A DNA stretch of 64,000 bases from contig OZ220089.1 of assembly GCA_964291625.2 (NCBI GenBank), positions 2,528,001 through 2,592,000 on the forward strand. Reading direction: 5' to 3'. This document shows, one piece after another, positions 1 to 9,425 of the stretch. Position numbers and translations under genes: made by a program. The notes beneath the pieces are model-generated. The model was not told where the DNA came from. It was given only the letters and a program-made list of their open reading frames with translations, and did no database searches. This DNA is from Candidatus Latescibacterota bacterium (lineage in GTDB: Bacteria; Latescibacterota; UBA2968; UBA8231). Within the stretch, counting starts at the first letter, position 1. Every line of letters begins with the position of its first letter.

Positions 1-700
1 AGGTGTCGGTTCGACCGCTGGCCTCGTCCCCGACGCCGATCTCCAGGCCCTTGTTGAGGAAGGCCAGCTCGCGCAGGCGGTGGGAGATCAGCTCCACGTC
101 GAAGTTGACGGTCTCGAAAATCTGCCTGTCGGGCAAGAACTGGATCACCGTTCCGTGGCCATCCGTGTCCCCCACCACCTCGAGCGGGGTCCGGGCAACG
201 CCGCGCTCGAAGCGCTGCCGGTGGATCTTGCCGTTCTGGCTGACCTCGACGACGAGAAACTCGGACAAGGCGTTGACCACCGATGCACCGACTCCGTGCA
301 GACCGCCGGAGACCTGGTAGGCCTTCTTGTCGAACTTTCCGCCCGCGTGGAGCATCGTCATCACCACCTCGACGCCCGACTTGCCCTCCCCGGGGTGGAT
401 CCCGGTGGGGATGCCCTGCCCGTCATCCTCGATGCGCACCGACCCGTCCTTCATCACAGTGACTTCGATGCGGCTGCAGCGGCCAGCCATGGCCTCGTCG
501 ACGGAGTTGTTGACGATCTCCTTCACGAGCTCGTGCAGTCCGCCCTCGCCGGTGTCCCCGATATACATCGCCGGACGGCGCCGGACCCCCTCCAGGCCCT
601 TCAGGACCTGGATTTCCTCGGAGGTGTACTCCGAAGCGTGCGGCGATCCGTTGCCTCCTGCTGTGATCCCCGAGGTGACGCCGTCGTCGGCTTCAGCCAT
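1..700 (-). CDS. gyrB: DNA gyrase subunit B (5' part; runs off the window start)
   Basis: Not in the ORF track. Manual translation from ATG 700 gives MAEADD...YTSEEIQVLKGLEGVRRRPAMYIG...EIVNNSVDEAMAG...LHAGGKF...SGGLHGVGASVVNALS...RLRELAFLNKG (GHKL ATPase domain). It lies downstream of recF. Confidence 0.96.
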   Translation of the reverse strand, partial: MAEADDGVTSGITAGGNGSPHASEYTSEEIQVLKGLEGVRRRPAMYIGDTGEGGLHELVKEIVNNSVDEAMAGRCSRIEVTVMKDGSVRIEDDGQGIPTGIHPGEGKSGVEVVMTMLHAGGKFDKKAYQVSGGLHGVGASVVNALSEFLVVEVSQNGKIHRQRFERGVARTPLEVVGDTDGHGTVIQFLPDRQIFETVNFDVELISHRLRELAFLNKGLEIGVGDEASGRTDT

Positions 701-1088
701 CCGCTCCACTCCCCTTTCCCGTCGTTGCTCCGGCGCGATCCTGGATCGGCCGGTTGACGAAGACCAGATCACGGATCACCCGACGGCCAAGGTGGCGGTT
801 GATCCGCTCGACAAGCAGCTGCTTCGAGAAGCTCAGATGCGTCCTCCAGACGGCCGAGGGCACCGCCAGTTGCATCCGGCCGCGGTGCACCCTCACCGCC
901 CTCGCGTGCTGCGCGAGCTGGTGCCCCGCCACCGATTCCCAGGCCAGCAGCGCCCGGCACTCCTGCACCTTCTCCGCCGCGCCCAGATCCTCGAGCACGC
1001 GCCCGAGCAGGCCGGAGATCGGCTCCGGGCTCGAGTCCCGCGGCTCAGTACCACTCCGCGGGACCGAGCCGCGGCCATTGGCCCTCAC
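693..1088 (-). CDS. DUF721 / DciA-family replicative helicase loader
   Basis: W..VAG..LA.HAR....G...LAV.S.VW...L...K..L...IN pattern; classic position between recF and gyrB. Confidence 0.8.
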   Translation of the reverse strand: MRANGRGSVPRSGTEPRDSSPEPISGLLGRVLEDLGAAEKVQECRALLAWESVAGHQLAQHARAVRVHRGRMQLAVPSAVWRTHLSFSKQLLVERINRHLGRRVIRDLVFVNRPIQDRAGATTGKGSGADG

Positions 1089-2185
1089 TCGGCGATCTCG
1101 ATCCGCTGGAAGCGATCCCCCACTTCCTCGCCGGGGAGCCTCGCCGCCGTCAGGATGACCTGCTCGAAGCCCTCGGTCAGGGACACCAGCCGGCGGGAAC
1201 GGGTCTCGTCGAGCTCCGAGAACACATCGTCCAGCAGGAGGACTGGTTGGCTACCGCTCCGCTCCTCGAGGAACCGCGCCTCGGCCATCTTCCATGAGAG
1301 CAGCAGACTCTTCAACTGTCCCTGGGAGCCGTACGTATCGGCGGGAGAACCGCCCAGGGTGAAGCTCAGGGAGTCGCGATGAGGGCCGCACAAGGTATGA
1401 CCGGCCCGCTCCTCTCGAAACGGGTCGGCCTCGAGTTCGGCCAGCAGACCCTGCTCGAGCAGCTCGGCCGGAGGGACCTCCTCGACGGACAGCGGCACCG
1501 GCTCGGAACGATAGCTGATCCCGGCCTGCTCCTGGCCGGTGCTGAAGGTCTGGTAGCACCGCATGAACACCGGCGTCATCTGGACCAGTGTCTCGAGACG
1601 AAGGCGGCGGATGGCCCCCCCCGGCACCGCCAATTGCTCTCCCCACACCCGTCGTTCGGCCGGGTCGGACCTCCGGCCCGCCAGACGGCGGAGGTAGTGG
1701 TTCCGTTGCGTGAGGGCACGGTTGTAGCGCTGGAGGCTCTGGAGGTACTTGGGGCAGGCCTGGGACAACAGGATATCGAGGAGACGCCGCCGCTGGGACG
1801 CGAACTGGAGGACGAGGGAGACATCTTCGGGCGCGAAGTGCACGGTGCACAGCAGGCTGACCAGATCCGAGAGCCGGGGCAGGTCGACCCCGTCGAGAAA
1901 GGCGCACTTGCCTTCGGCGGTACTGTAGAACATGCGGACTTGGCGGTCTCGACATCCGTCATCCCAGACACTCCGGATGTCAAAATGACCCGTCCCGTGG
2001 GGAACCACCTCCTGGTCGCGGGCCCCGCGGATCGACTTGCCGATGGACAGATAGGAGATCGACTCAAGGACGTTGCTCTTGCCCTGCCCGTTGTCCGCAA
2101 TGATCAGACATGCCTCGTGGTCCAGATCCAACTCGAGCCGGGGAAAATTCCGGTAGGGCTTCAAGCGAAGCCGGCGAATGCGCAC
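1085..2185 (-). CDS. recF: DNA replication and repair protein RecF
   Basis: Walker A DNGQGKSN, GPHRD, GSQGQ and LLLDDVFSELD motifs; synteny with dnaN and gyrB. Confidence 0.97.
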   Translation of the reverse strand: MRIRRLRLKPYRNFPRLELDLDHEACLIIADNGQGKSNVLESISYLSIGKSIRGARDQEVVPHGTGHFDIRSVWDDGCRDRQVRMFYSTAEGKCAFLDGVDLPRLSDLVSLLCTVHFAPEDVSLVLQFASQRRRLLDILLSQACPKYLQSLQRYNRALTQRNHYLRRLAGRRSDPAERRVWGEQLAVPGGAIRRLRLETLVQMTPVFMRCYQTFSTGQEQAGISYRSEPVPLSVEEVPPAELLEQGLLAELEADPFREERAGHTLCGPHRDSLSFTLGGSPADTYGSQGQLKSLLLSWKMAEARFLEERSGSQPVLLLDDVFSELDETRSRRLVSLTEGFEQVILTAARLPGEEVGDRFQRIEIAE

Positions 2186-2195
2186 CTCTCAATTG

Positions 2196-3356
2196 TCAGC
2201 CACTTGGACGCATCGGCATGAGAAGATAGTAGGAGTCCTCTCCCTGAAGCTGTTCCGCGGGACGAACGATGGCGGCAGTGACGGAATCCTTCAGATCGAT
2301 GATGGCTTCTTCGGAACCGATCTTGCGCAGGATCTCCATCATGTATTGGGCGTTATATGCGACCTCTATGGGGTCGGCACTGTAGTCTGCCGGCAGAACC
2401 TCCCGGGCATCGCCACCGATCTCCTGGCTCGAGGCGGTAAGCTCAATAGCTCCCTCTCGGAGACCCACCTTCACTTGGTGCGTGTACGAGCTCGATAGGA
2501 TGGACACACGCCGAAGCGCCGGAAGAAGTCGATCCACCGGGACCGTCAGTCTCTTGTCGTTCTCCCGGGGAATGACTTGCTCGTAATCGACGTACGGCCC
2601 TTCGATAAGTCGGGACAATACCTGGGTCTCGTTCACCTTAAAAAGAACTTGACTCTCTCCGAGAATCGCCTCGCCCAGACTCTCCGAATCTTCCAGCAGC
2701 CTGCTCAGTTGACCGCAGACCTGCGGAGGCAGGATCACCTCTGCAGAGCTCTCGATTCCCGTTCCTTCCTCCAGAGTGCGCCGAAACTCGGCCAATCGGC
2801 TGCCATCGGTAGCAACCATGGTCATGATCTCCGGCTCGAGTCTCCACAGAACCCCGTTGAGGACTGGCCGAGTTTCATCATGAGAAATCGCAAATCCCGT
2901 CTTCTCGATCATCGTTCGAAGAAGGGCCCCATCGACCGCAGCATCCGCCCGAAAGGACAAATGCAGCCCCTGGAGATCCTCCGGTATCTCCGGAAACTCC
3001 TCGGGTGGAGTTCCCGGTAGCGAATAGCGCCCTTCTCCCCCGGCATCTGCCCCCAAGGCTCCGGAGAATATGAGATGTCCTCCCTCAAGTACCAGGTGAA
3101 TCACCGACTCCGGCCATTCTCTCGTAATCTCCGCCAGAGTCCGGGCGGGTACAGTGACTCGCCCAGGTGTTTCAACCTCTGCCACCACCCGCGTGCGAAT
3201 CGATAAATCCAGATCGGTTGCCGACAGAGTAAGACGGTCTCCCTGGCTGTCCAGCAGAATATTGGAAAGGACCGGTTGGGCCGGCTTGGAAGCAACAGCC
3301 TCCAGAACCGTGCTCAGTCCTCGCCAGAGTTCATTTCGGTCGACGCTCAGCTTCAT
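2196..3356 (-). CDS. dnaN: DNA polymerase III beta sliding clamp
   Basis: ATDLD, ETRPVLNGV, VATDGSRLA, SRLIEGPY and C-terminal LLMPMR motifs. Confidence 0.98.
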   Translation of the reverse strand: MKLSVDRNELWRGLSTVLEAVASKPAQPVLSNILLDSQGDRLTLSATDLDLSIRTRVVAEVETPGRVTVPARTLAEITREWPESVIHLVLEGGHLIFSGALGADAGGEGRYSLPGTPPEEFPEIPEDLQGLHLSFRADAAVDGALLRTMIEKTGFAISHDETRPVLNGVLWRLEPEIMTMVATDGSRLAEFRRTLEEGTGIESSAEVILPPQVCGQLSRLLEDSESLGEAILGESQVLFKVNETQVLSRLIEGPYVDYEQVIPRENDKRLTVPVDRLLPALRRVSILSSSYTHQVKVGLREGAIELTASSQEIGGDAREVLPADYSADPIEVAYNAQYMMEILRKIGSEEAIIDLKDSVTAAIVRPAEQLQGEDSYYLLMPMRPSG

Positions 3357-3516
3357 CGATCCTCCTGCAGATCAAGCGGCCCAAGGCAACAGGCGAGGGG
3401 CTTGAAGGTGAGACGTAGAGCTTAGGATGAGATCCTCAGATTGGCGGCGGAGGGGAATCAACCAGCCCTTGCTCCGCTCATCTAAAAATGCCCCTCGCCA
3501 TTCCCTCACCACTAAT

Positions 3517-3546
3517 AATATAGGTATAGGGGCACTCGGGCGTCAA
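3517..3546 (-). promoter_or_regulatory. Putative sigma70 promoter for dnaN
   Basis: TTGACG (3546-3541), 18-bp spacer, TATATT (3522-3517) on the minus strand. Confidence 0.55.
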
Positions 3547-3579
3547 AGGAACGCAGGAAGAGCACTCCACCCGCAGTTG

Positions 3580-3876
3580 TTGAAGATATACGAATTGAAT
3601 CTCTATATCTTTACACCAACTCCTACTGCTATAGTGTTGACAAGTCGATTTCTACTCGGTGGGGCGCCCTTCTGGAAATATCCGTAAGGTGCTTTTACAC
3701 AAATAGATACGAGCCCTCTAGAGGGGGTCGTAGAAGCGGTCGTTTCCACTGTCGGAATAGGAGCGCGGTTTCCACAGTGAGGGAGCCGTAAAGCTCAAAC
3801 CATCCGCGGAGGCGAAGGTTATCCACAAAATCGAGCGTAATATCCACACCGTTTGGGGAAATCTTTGTGGATACCG
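3580..3876. other. Chromosomal replication origin oriC (dnaA-dnaN intergenic region)
   Basis: Perfect DnaA box TTATCCACA at 3819-3827. Other boxes: ATATCCACA 3840-3848, TGTGGATAC 3866-3874, GTTTCCACA 3768-3776, TTTTACACA 3693-3701. AT-rich stretch at ~3585-3635 with trio-like repeats (minus strand TAG CAG TAG GAG). Confidence 0.88.
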
Positions 3877-5280
3877 TTACTTGCCTTGGATGGACAGCCG
3901 TATCTGCTCCGAGAGGGACTCTACCAACCGGGCGAAATCCGGGTCCTGGTTGCACTTCTTGTCCACCGTTTGGATGGCATGGATCACCGTGCTGTGGTCG
4001 CGGTTTCCGAAGTGCAGTCCGATGACTTTCAAAGGATTTCCGGTGTGGCGCTTTATCAGGTACATGGCGATCTGCCGGGGGCCGGTGATCTCCCGTCTCC
4101 GGGTCTTGCCGGTCAGGAGTTCGGGAGCGAGATCAAAGTGGCTGGCGACCTGCTTCTGAATCCCTTCGATTGAAGGTCTGGAGGTCTGTGTAGTGCTTCG
4201 CTGCTGAACGACTTTGCGTGCGGCATCGACACTGAGTTCGACTTGGTTTACCGCACAATAGGCCATGATATGATTCAGGGCACCTTCGAGTTCGCGGATA
4301 TTTGAGCTGATGTAGTTGCCCAGGAAACCCGCGACCCCCTCGGGTAGGTGGATCCCGTTGATCTCCGCCTTTTTCTGCAGGATCGCGATACGCGTTTCGA
4401 GATCGGGCGGTTCGATGCTCGTGACCAAGCCCCACTGGAAGCGTGAGATCAGCCTCTCCTCCAAGCCCTTCAACTCGCCCGGGGGGCCGTCGCAGGTCAT
4501 GACGATCTGGCGGCCGTTCTGGTGCAGAGTATTGAAGGTGTGGAAGAACTCGTTCTGGGTGCCCTCGCTGCGGATGAGAAACTGGATGTCGTCGACCAGC
4601 AGCACGTTCACCGAACGATAGAGCCGCTGGAATTCCGAGGTCTTCTGCTGCCGCAGGGATTCGATGAAATCACCCAGGAACTTCTCGGCGGTCACGTAGA
4701 CAACGCTGAGGGAGGGTTCCGCCGCCAGCAGATGGTGACCGATTGCCTGCAACAGGTGGGTCTTGCCAAGGCCCACGCCCCCGTGTACGACGAGAGGGTT
4801 GAACTGCGTACTTCCTGGTGATCGGGAAACAGCCTGGGCGGCCGCATAAGTGAGGCGATTGCCCTCGCCGACGACGAAGGTATCGAACACATACCGCTCG
4901 TTGAGCGGCATGTGCAACGGCGACGCCTTGTCCATGGGCTCCGCGGCGATGATCTCCTCGGGGGCCTCGGGCCCGGTCTCCTGGGACGAAGGCCCCTCGG
5001 TCGAGTCCGTCCGAGCGGCTGCCCTCTCATCGACGACGGCGAAAGCGACGCGGGGACACAGCCCCGTCTCCTCCTCGACCACCGATTGTATCAGGGGCAG
5101 GTAATTGTCCTGTACGAAGTGGCCGAAATAGGAGCTGGGAACCTCGATCTCGAGTACGTCCTCATCGAACCGCCGAGCGGTGGTACGACGGAACCAGGTC
5201 TCGAACGTTTGCGCCCTCGGGAGTCTTCGCTCGATACCGAGCAGGCACTGGGCCCACCGTTCTTGCAGATCTTGTGACAT
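3877..5280 (-). CDS. dnaA: Chromosomal replication initiator DnaA
   Basis: FNPL..HGGVGLGKTHLL, LLVDDIQF, EFFHTFN, RELEGAL and RDHSTVIHA motifs; ATG 5280 chosen as start. Confidence 0.98.
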   Translation of the reverse strand: MSQDLQERWAQCLLGIERRLPRAQTFETWFRRTTARRFDEDVLEIEVPSSYFGHFVQDNYLPLIQSVVEEETGLCPRVAFAVVDERAAARTDSTEGPSSQETGPEAPEEIIAAEPMDKASPLHMPLNERYVFDTFVVGEGNRLTYAAAQAVSRSPGSTQFNPLVVHGGVGLGKTHLLQAIGHHLLAAEPSLSVVYVTAEKFLGDFIESLRQQKTSEFQRLYRSVNVLLVDDIQFLIRSEGTQNEFFHTFNTLHQNGRQIVMTCDGPPGELKGLEERLISRFQWGLVTSIEPPDLETRIAILQKKAEINGIHLPEGVAGFLGNYISSNIRELEGALNHIMAYCAVNQVELSVDAARKVVQQRSTTQTSRPSIEGIQKQVASHFDLAPELLTGKTRRREITGPRQIAMYLIKRHTGNPLKVIGLHFGNRDHSTVIHAIQTVDKKCNQDPDFARLVESLSEQIRLSIQGK

Positions 5281-5394
5281 GGGGAGTCGACCGAGGGGGG
5301 GGTTGATACGGCCGAGTCCCGGACTGCGGCCGAGCTGCATGCGTCAAGGGCCGGCTCGAAAACCGCGCCGCTCCAATCCCGAAAAAGGGGCGAT

Positions 5395-5423
5395 AGAGTA
5401 GCGCCCGCCAGGGGATGCGTCAA
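5395..5423 (-). promoter_or_regulatory. Putative sigma70 promoter for dnaA
   Basis: TTGACG (5423-5418), 17-bp spacer, TACTCT (5400-5395). Confidence 0.6.
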
Positions 5424-5479
5424 GGACCCACCCGTATCCGAAGGAGGGGATCGATCTGCCGCCCCGGGACCCGGTACAA

Positions 5480-5508
5480 TTGACAGATCCAGAAGTGGAT
5501 CCTAGGTT
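5480..5508 (+). promoter_or_regulatory. Putative sigma70 promoter for the rpmH operon
   Basis: TTGACA (5480-5485), 17-bp spacer, TAGGTT (5503-5508). Confidence 0.6.
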
Positions 5509-5571
5509 AGGCCAGCTTGACGGTCGCAAACCGGATCCAGGCACGACTTCTTTCCCAAGGTTCTGTCACTC

Positions 5572-5706
5572 TTGAAGCGAACCTATCAGCCGAGCCGGCG
5601 GCGGCGCAGGAACAAGCATGGCTTTCGAAAGCGCATGCGCACCCCCGCCGGACGGTCTATTCTGGCGCGTCGTCGGAGGCGGGGCCGCAAGCGTCTGGCC
5701 GTCTGA
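5572..5706 (+). CDS. rpmH: 50S ribosomal protein L34
   Basis: Manual translation from TTG: [44 protein letters not shown] (44 aa). Too short for the ORF track. Confidence 0.97.
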   Translation: MKRTYQPSRRRRRNKHGFRKRMRTPAGRSILARRRRRGRKRLAV

Positions 5707-5733
5707 TCGTGCCGCCACAGGACGGCGCGTCCG

Positions 5734-6015
5734 ATGCCGTGGTCGAAGGGCTCCCTCCTCTGGATTCGCCGCGGTCAGACGCCTTCCTTCGGGGCCGTCT
5801 TCGTTCTGCGCAAGTCCCTCGGAACCGCCGTCCTCCGCAACAAGCTTCGGCGACGCCTGCGCCACATCTGCCGACATCTTCCAGTATCGGCAGCCAAGGG
5901 CTTGGTGGTCCTCGCTCAGCCGCCGGCTACGCAGTCTTCCTTTACCGCGCTGCGCACTGAACTGACCCGGCTCCTGCTGAGTCTGGACGACAGCGAGCCC
6001 AAGGCCCCGAGATGA
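5734..6015 (+). CDS. rnpA: Ribonuclease P protein component (short, N-terminally reduced)
   Basis: RNR-like motif [17 protein letters not shown]; lies between rpmH and yidD. Confidence 0.8.
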   Translation: MPWSKGSLLWIRRGQTPSFGAVFVLRKSLGTAVLRNKLRRRLRHICRHLPVSAAKGLVVLAQPPATQSSFTALRTELTRLLLSLDDSEPKAPR

Positions 6016-6221
6016 AGGCCCTTCTTTCCGGCGCCATCCGTCTGTACCAGTTGGTGTTGTCTCCGCTCCTGCCTCCCCACTGCCGCTTCTACCCGACCTG
6101 CTCGGAGTACGCCCTGCTGTCCATCCGTCTCCATGGTCCATGGTCCGGCCTGTGGCGGGCCGTTGGCAGGCTCTGCCGTTGTCACCCCCTGGGGGGCTCC
6201 GGCTACGACCCCGCGGACTGA
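6012..6221 (+). CDS. yidD: Membrane protein insertion efficiency factor YidD
   Basis: YQ..LSP...[10 protein letters not shown]...RCHP..GGSGYDP motif. Confidence 0.95.
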   Translation: MKALLSGAIRLYQLVLSPLLPPHCRFYPTCSEYALLSIRLHGPWSGLWRAVGRLCRCHPLGGSGYDPAD

Positions 6222-6229
6222 GGCGCCCG

Positions 6230-7942
6230 ATGGAGGACAAGCGCACGATCATCGCCATGGTTCTGGTGGGCCTGATTTTCCTGTTGATGCCCGCCTATTA
6301 CCAGTTGGTCGGTGTCTCGGAGCCCGAGCCGCCCCTGGAGAGCCCTGGCGATGAGGCAAAGCCGCGGGAGGATCAGACCCGCGACGTGCCCGCCATGGTC
6401 CCGATGGATCCTCCTGCCGACACGTCCGACGAGGACTTCCCGGAGCCTCTCGGGGGCCCGGCCGGAGAGCCGAGGGATCTTCCGCCGGAACGGTATGTAA
6501 CCGTCGAGACTCCCCTGCAGCACCTGACGTTCAGCACACGCGGCGGTGTGTTGGCGTCGGCGCGGCTGAAGGAATACAAGCAGGGCAGCGGCGGCCCCCT
6601 GGAGCTGGTGCCCGCGGGGGGAGCGGGGCTGGGAGTGACCGTCCAGCCCGAGGCCGCCGTGGACGTGCTGGTCGACCTGGCCAGCCGGCACTTCGAACCC
6701 GACCGGGACCGCCTTCGGGTCGAGGCCGACGGCGAGGGCCGGCTGCGGCTGCGGTGTGAGCTGGATGATGGTCGGTCGGTCGAGAAGGTTCTTGTCGTGC
6801 GCGGCGATCAGTACGGGCTTCAGGCGGGAGTCTCCCTCCACGGGTTTTCGAACGACTCCATCGTGAGGCTTACATGGCACGGGGGGATCGCCCTGGCCGA
6901 GCGCGACCCCGACCTCGACCTGCAGAGGATGAAGGCTCTCGCCTACATCAATGAGAGCCTCTACGACGTGCAGGTGGATGAAGACGAGGAAGACTCGGAC
7001 AGCGAGCGAGGCAATGTCGGGTGGGTCGGGGTCCGCAGCAAGTACTTCCTGTGTGCTCTGGCTCCAGAGTCGGAGGCCCGGCACCGGGTAACCCTCTATG
7101 GGGCGCCAAACAGCCAGCCACCCTACAGGGACTACGGATATACCCTCGGCACACGCTGGGGCGACATCGAAGATGGGGTCTGGCGACTCCTGGTCTATCT
7201 GGGTCCCCTGGATCTGGAGCAAGTGGGTCGCTACGACCGCGACTTCGACCGCGCCATGGATCTGGGATTCCCGGTGGTGCGTCAGATCGCAACCGTCCTG
7301 CTGACCCTGTTCGTGGCAGCGTATGCCATCATCCCCAACTACGGCTGGGTCATCGTTGCATTCGGCGTGGTTGTCAAGATCCTCGTATACCCCCTGACCC
7401 ACAAGTCGTATGAGTCGGCCGCGCGGATGCAGGAACTGCAGCCCAAGATCGCAGCCCTCAGGGAGAAGTACAAGAACAACAATCAGAAACTGAGTCAGGA
7501 GACCATGAAGCTCTACCGGGAGGAGGGCGTGAATCCTCTCGGCGGGTGTCTGCCCCTGCTGCTCCAGATGCCGATTTTCATCGCCTTGTACCAGGTGTTC
7601 TCCAGTGCCATCCAGTTGCGCCAGACACCATGGATCCTGTGGGTGGACGACCTCTCGCTTCCCGACACCATCACCCTCGGGGGCTTCGATCTGCACGTGC
7701 TGCCACTCCTGATGTCGGCGGCGATGTTCTTCCAGTCCAAGATGACGATGAAGGACCCCAAGCAGGCAGCCCTCGTCTACGTGATGCCCGTAGTCATGGT
7801 CTTCATCATGTGGAGCTTCTCCTCGGGTCTCGTCCTCTACTGGACGGTCTTCAACGTGCTTCAGATCGCCCAGCAGTACCTCACCAACTATCTGAAGAAG
7901 CAGAAACAAGGGGACGCATCCACCGTCCCTGCCCGAAGCTGA
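6230..7942 (+). CDS. yidC: Membrane protein insertase YidC
   Basis: N-terminal TM segment, periplasmic domain, NYGWVI, GVNPLGGCLPLLLQMP and SGLVLYW motifs. Confidence 0.97.
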   Translation: MEDKRTIIAMVLVGLIFLLMPAYYQLVGVSEPEPPLESPGDEAKPREDQTRDVPAMVPMDPPADTSDEDFPEPLGGPAGEPRDLPPERYVTVETPLQHLTFSTRGGVLASARLKEYKQGSGGPLELVPAGGAGLGVTVQPEAAVDVLVDLASRHFEPDRDRLRVEADGEGRLRLRCELDDGRSVEKVLVVRGDQYGLQAGVSLHGFSNDSIVRLTWHGGIALAERDPDLDLQRMKALAYINESLYDVQVDEDEEDSDSERGNVGWVGVRSKYFLCALAPESEARHRVTLYGAPNSQPPYRDYGYTLGTRWGDIEDGVWRLLVYLGPLDLEQVGRYDRDFDRAMDLGFPVVRQIATVLLTLFVAAYAIIPNYGWVIVAFGVVVKILVYPLTHKSYESAARMQELQPKIAALREKYKNNNQKLSQETMKLYREEGVNPLGGCLPLLLQMPIFIALYQVFSSAIQLRQTPWILWVDDLSLPDTITLGGFDLHVLPLLMSAAMFFQSKMTMKDPKQAALVYVMPVVMVFIMWSFSSGLVLYWTVFNVLQIAQQYLTNYLKKQKQGDASTVPARS

Positions 7943-7947
7943 CCGGG

Positions 7948-9312
7948 GTGGTCCTCGGCGGCAAGCAGGCCGCGCTGCCAGATTCATCGACAATCGTTGC
8001 AGTCTCCACACCCCGAGGGGCCGGCGGCGTCGCACTGCTGCGCCTCAGTGGCACCCGTGCCTTGGCGATCGGGACGAGCATCTTCGTCTCTCGGCCACCG
8101 CTGGGGAGGCCGCGCCATGTTCAGTACGGCCGCGTGGTGGACCGCCGCCGGGAGCCCCTGGATACGGCGATGGCGTGGTTTCTGAAGGGACCGAAATCCT
8201 ACACGGGAGAGGATACGGTCGAGATCACGACCCACGGCAGCGATGTCCTTCTGGAGCTCGTGCTGGACTCGGCGATCCACCATGGCGCCAGGATTGCCGG
8301 CCCCGGGGAGTTCACACGGCGGGCCTTCACCAACGGACGAATCGATCTACTGCAGGCCGAGGCGGTCGTCGAGCTCATCCACGCGGGCAGCCGGAGGGGT
8401 ATGCAGGCCGCGTACGGAGCCGTCTCGGGCCGCCTGACCGAGGCAGTCGGCTCCTTGCGGAAGCAGTTGGCCAGCGCATTGGTGCAACTCGAGGCACAGC
8501 TGGACTTCGTCGAAGACATAAGCCAGGAGGAGTTGGGAGAGGTCGACGGTATCGTGTCCCGTGTGATTGACGAGGCCCGGGAGTTGATGCAGACCTTCGA
8601 AGGCGTCCGCCGTCGCCGCGACGGGTGGAGGGTGGTGATCGCAGGGCGCCCAAATGCAGGCAAGTCGTCCTTGCTGAATGCTCTGCTGGGTGAGGACCGG
8701 TCCATCGTCGCCGACGAGCCAGGCACCACGCGCGATTGGGTGGAAGCAACCCTCGTCTGGGAGGGCGAGCCCATCCGCCTCGTCGACACGGCGGGACTTC
8801 GCGAAGGAGCGGATCGAGTCGAGGCCGCAGCCGTGAGGAGATCAGGCCACCAGGCGGCGCATGCCGACGTGGTGGTGGCCGTCGTAGACGGCTCCCGGGA
8901 CCGCACGATTCTGGAGGACGAGCTTGCCAACCCTCGGTGGGGGGCAACCGTGGCAGTGGTAAGCAAGGCCGATCTTCCCCGCTTGGCGAGACTGCCCCCC
9001 GGAGCAGAGGCCGTCCCGGTCTCCGCCCACGGGGGGGACGGCCTCGCGGAACTCAGGGCCCGGATACTGGCCGCACTTCCAGGGCGAGATCTTCACGATG
9101 GTCCGGCGTTGCTGAGGGAGCGCCACCACGAGACACTGACTCATGTGGTGGCATCGGCCGACAGGGCCCGCGGGGATCTGTCGGCGGGCAACCCCGAGCT
9201 GGCCGCGGCAAGCCTCGGCGAGGCCTTGCGCCTGGCGGGTGAGTTGCTGGGAGAATCAGTGGACGAGGACGTGCTTGACAGGATTTTCCGCGAATTCTGC
9301 ATCGGCAAGTAG
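7948..9312 (+). CDS. mnmE: tRNA modification GTPase MnmE (TrmE)
   Basis: PKSYTGED, GEFTRRAF.NG, GRPNAGKSS, GTTRD, DTAG motifs and C-terminal FCIGK; start placed at GTG 7948. Confidence 0.96.
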   Translation: MVLGGKQAALPDSSTIVAVSTPRGAGGVALLRLSGTRALAIGTSIFVSRPPLGRPRHVQYGRVVDRRREPLDTAMAWFLKGPKSYTGEDTVEITTHGSDVLLELVLDSAIHHGARIAGPGEFTRRAFTNGRIDLLQAEAVVELIHAGSRRGMQAAYGAVSGRLTEAVGSLRKQLASALVQLEAQLDFVEDISQEELGEVDGIVSRVIDEARELMQTFEGVRRRRDGWRVVIAGRPNAGKSSLLNALLGEDRSIVADEPGTTRDWVEATLVWEGEPIRLVDTAGLREGADRVEAAAVRRSGHQAAHADVVVAVVDGSRDRTILEDELANPRWGATVAVVSKADLPRLARLPPGAEAVPVSAHGGDGLAELRARILAALPGRDLHDGPALLRERHHETLTHVVASADRARGDLSAGNPELAAASLGEALRLAGELLGESVDEDVLDRIFREFCIGK

Positions 9313-9324
9313 GTCCGGGAAGAT

Positions 9325-9340
9325 CGTTCCACGTGAAACA
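9325..9340. promoter_or_regulatory. parS site 1
   Basis: CGTTCCACGTGAAACA versus consensus TGTTNCACGTGAAACA; origin-proximal. Confidence 0.9.
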
Positions 9341-9372
9341 CGCCCACTGGCCCCGGCGCCGGCCTTGGGGGG

Positions 9373-9388
9373 CGTTCCACGTGGAACA
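9373..9388. promoter_or_regulatory. parS site 2
   Basis: CGTTCCACGTGGAACA, containing the perfect 14-bp palindrome GTTCCACGTGGAAC. Confidence 0.9.
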
Positions 9389-9425
9389 TCTCCCCCGGGG
9401 GCCGGGCGGGCTCGTCTCCTTCGGT

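Noticed and set aside
9325-9388. Two near-identical 16-bp repeats separated by 32 bp, superficially a mini-CRISPR
   Set aside because: There are only two units, they are too short, they match the parS consensus, and no cas genes are present.
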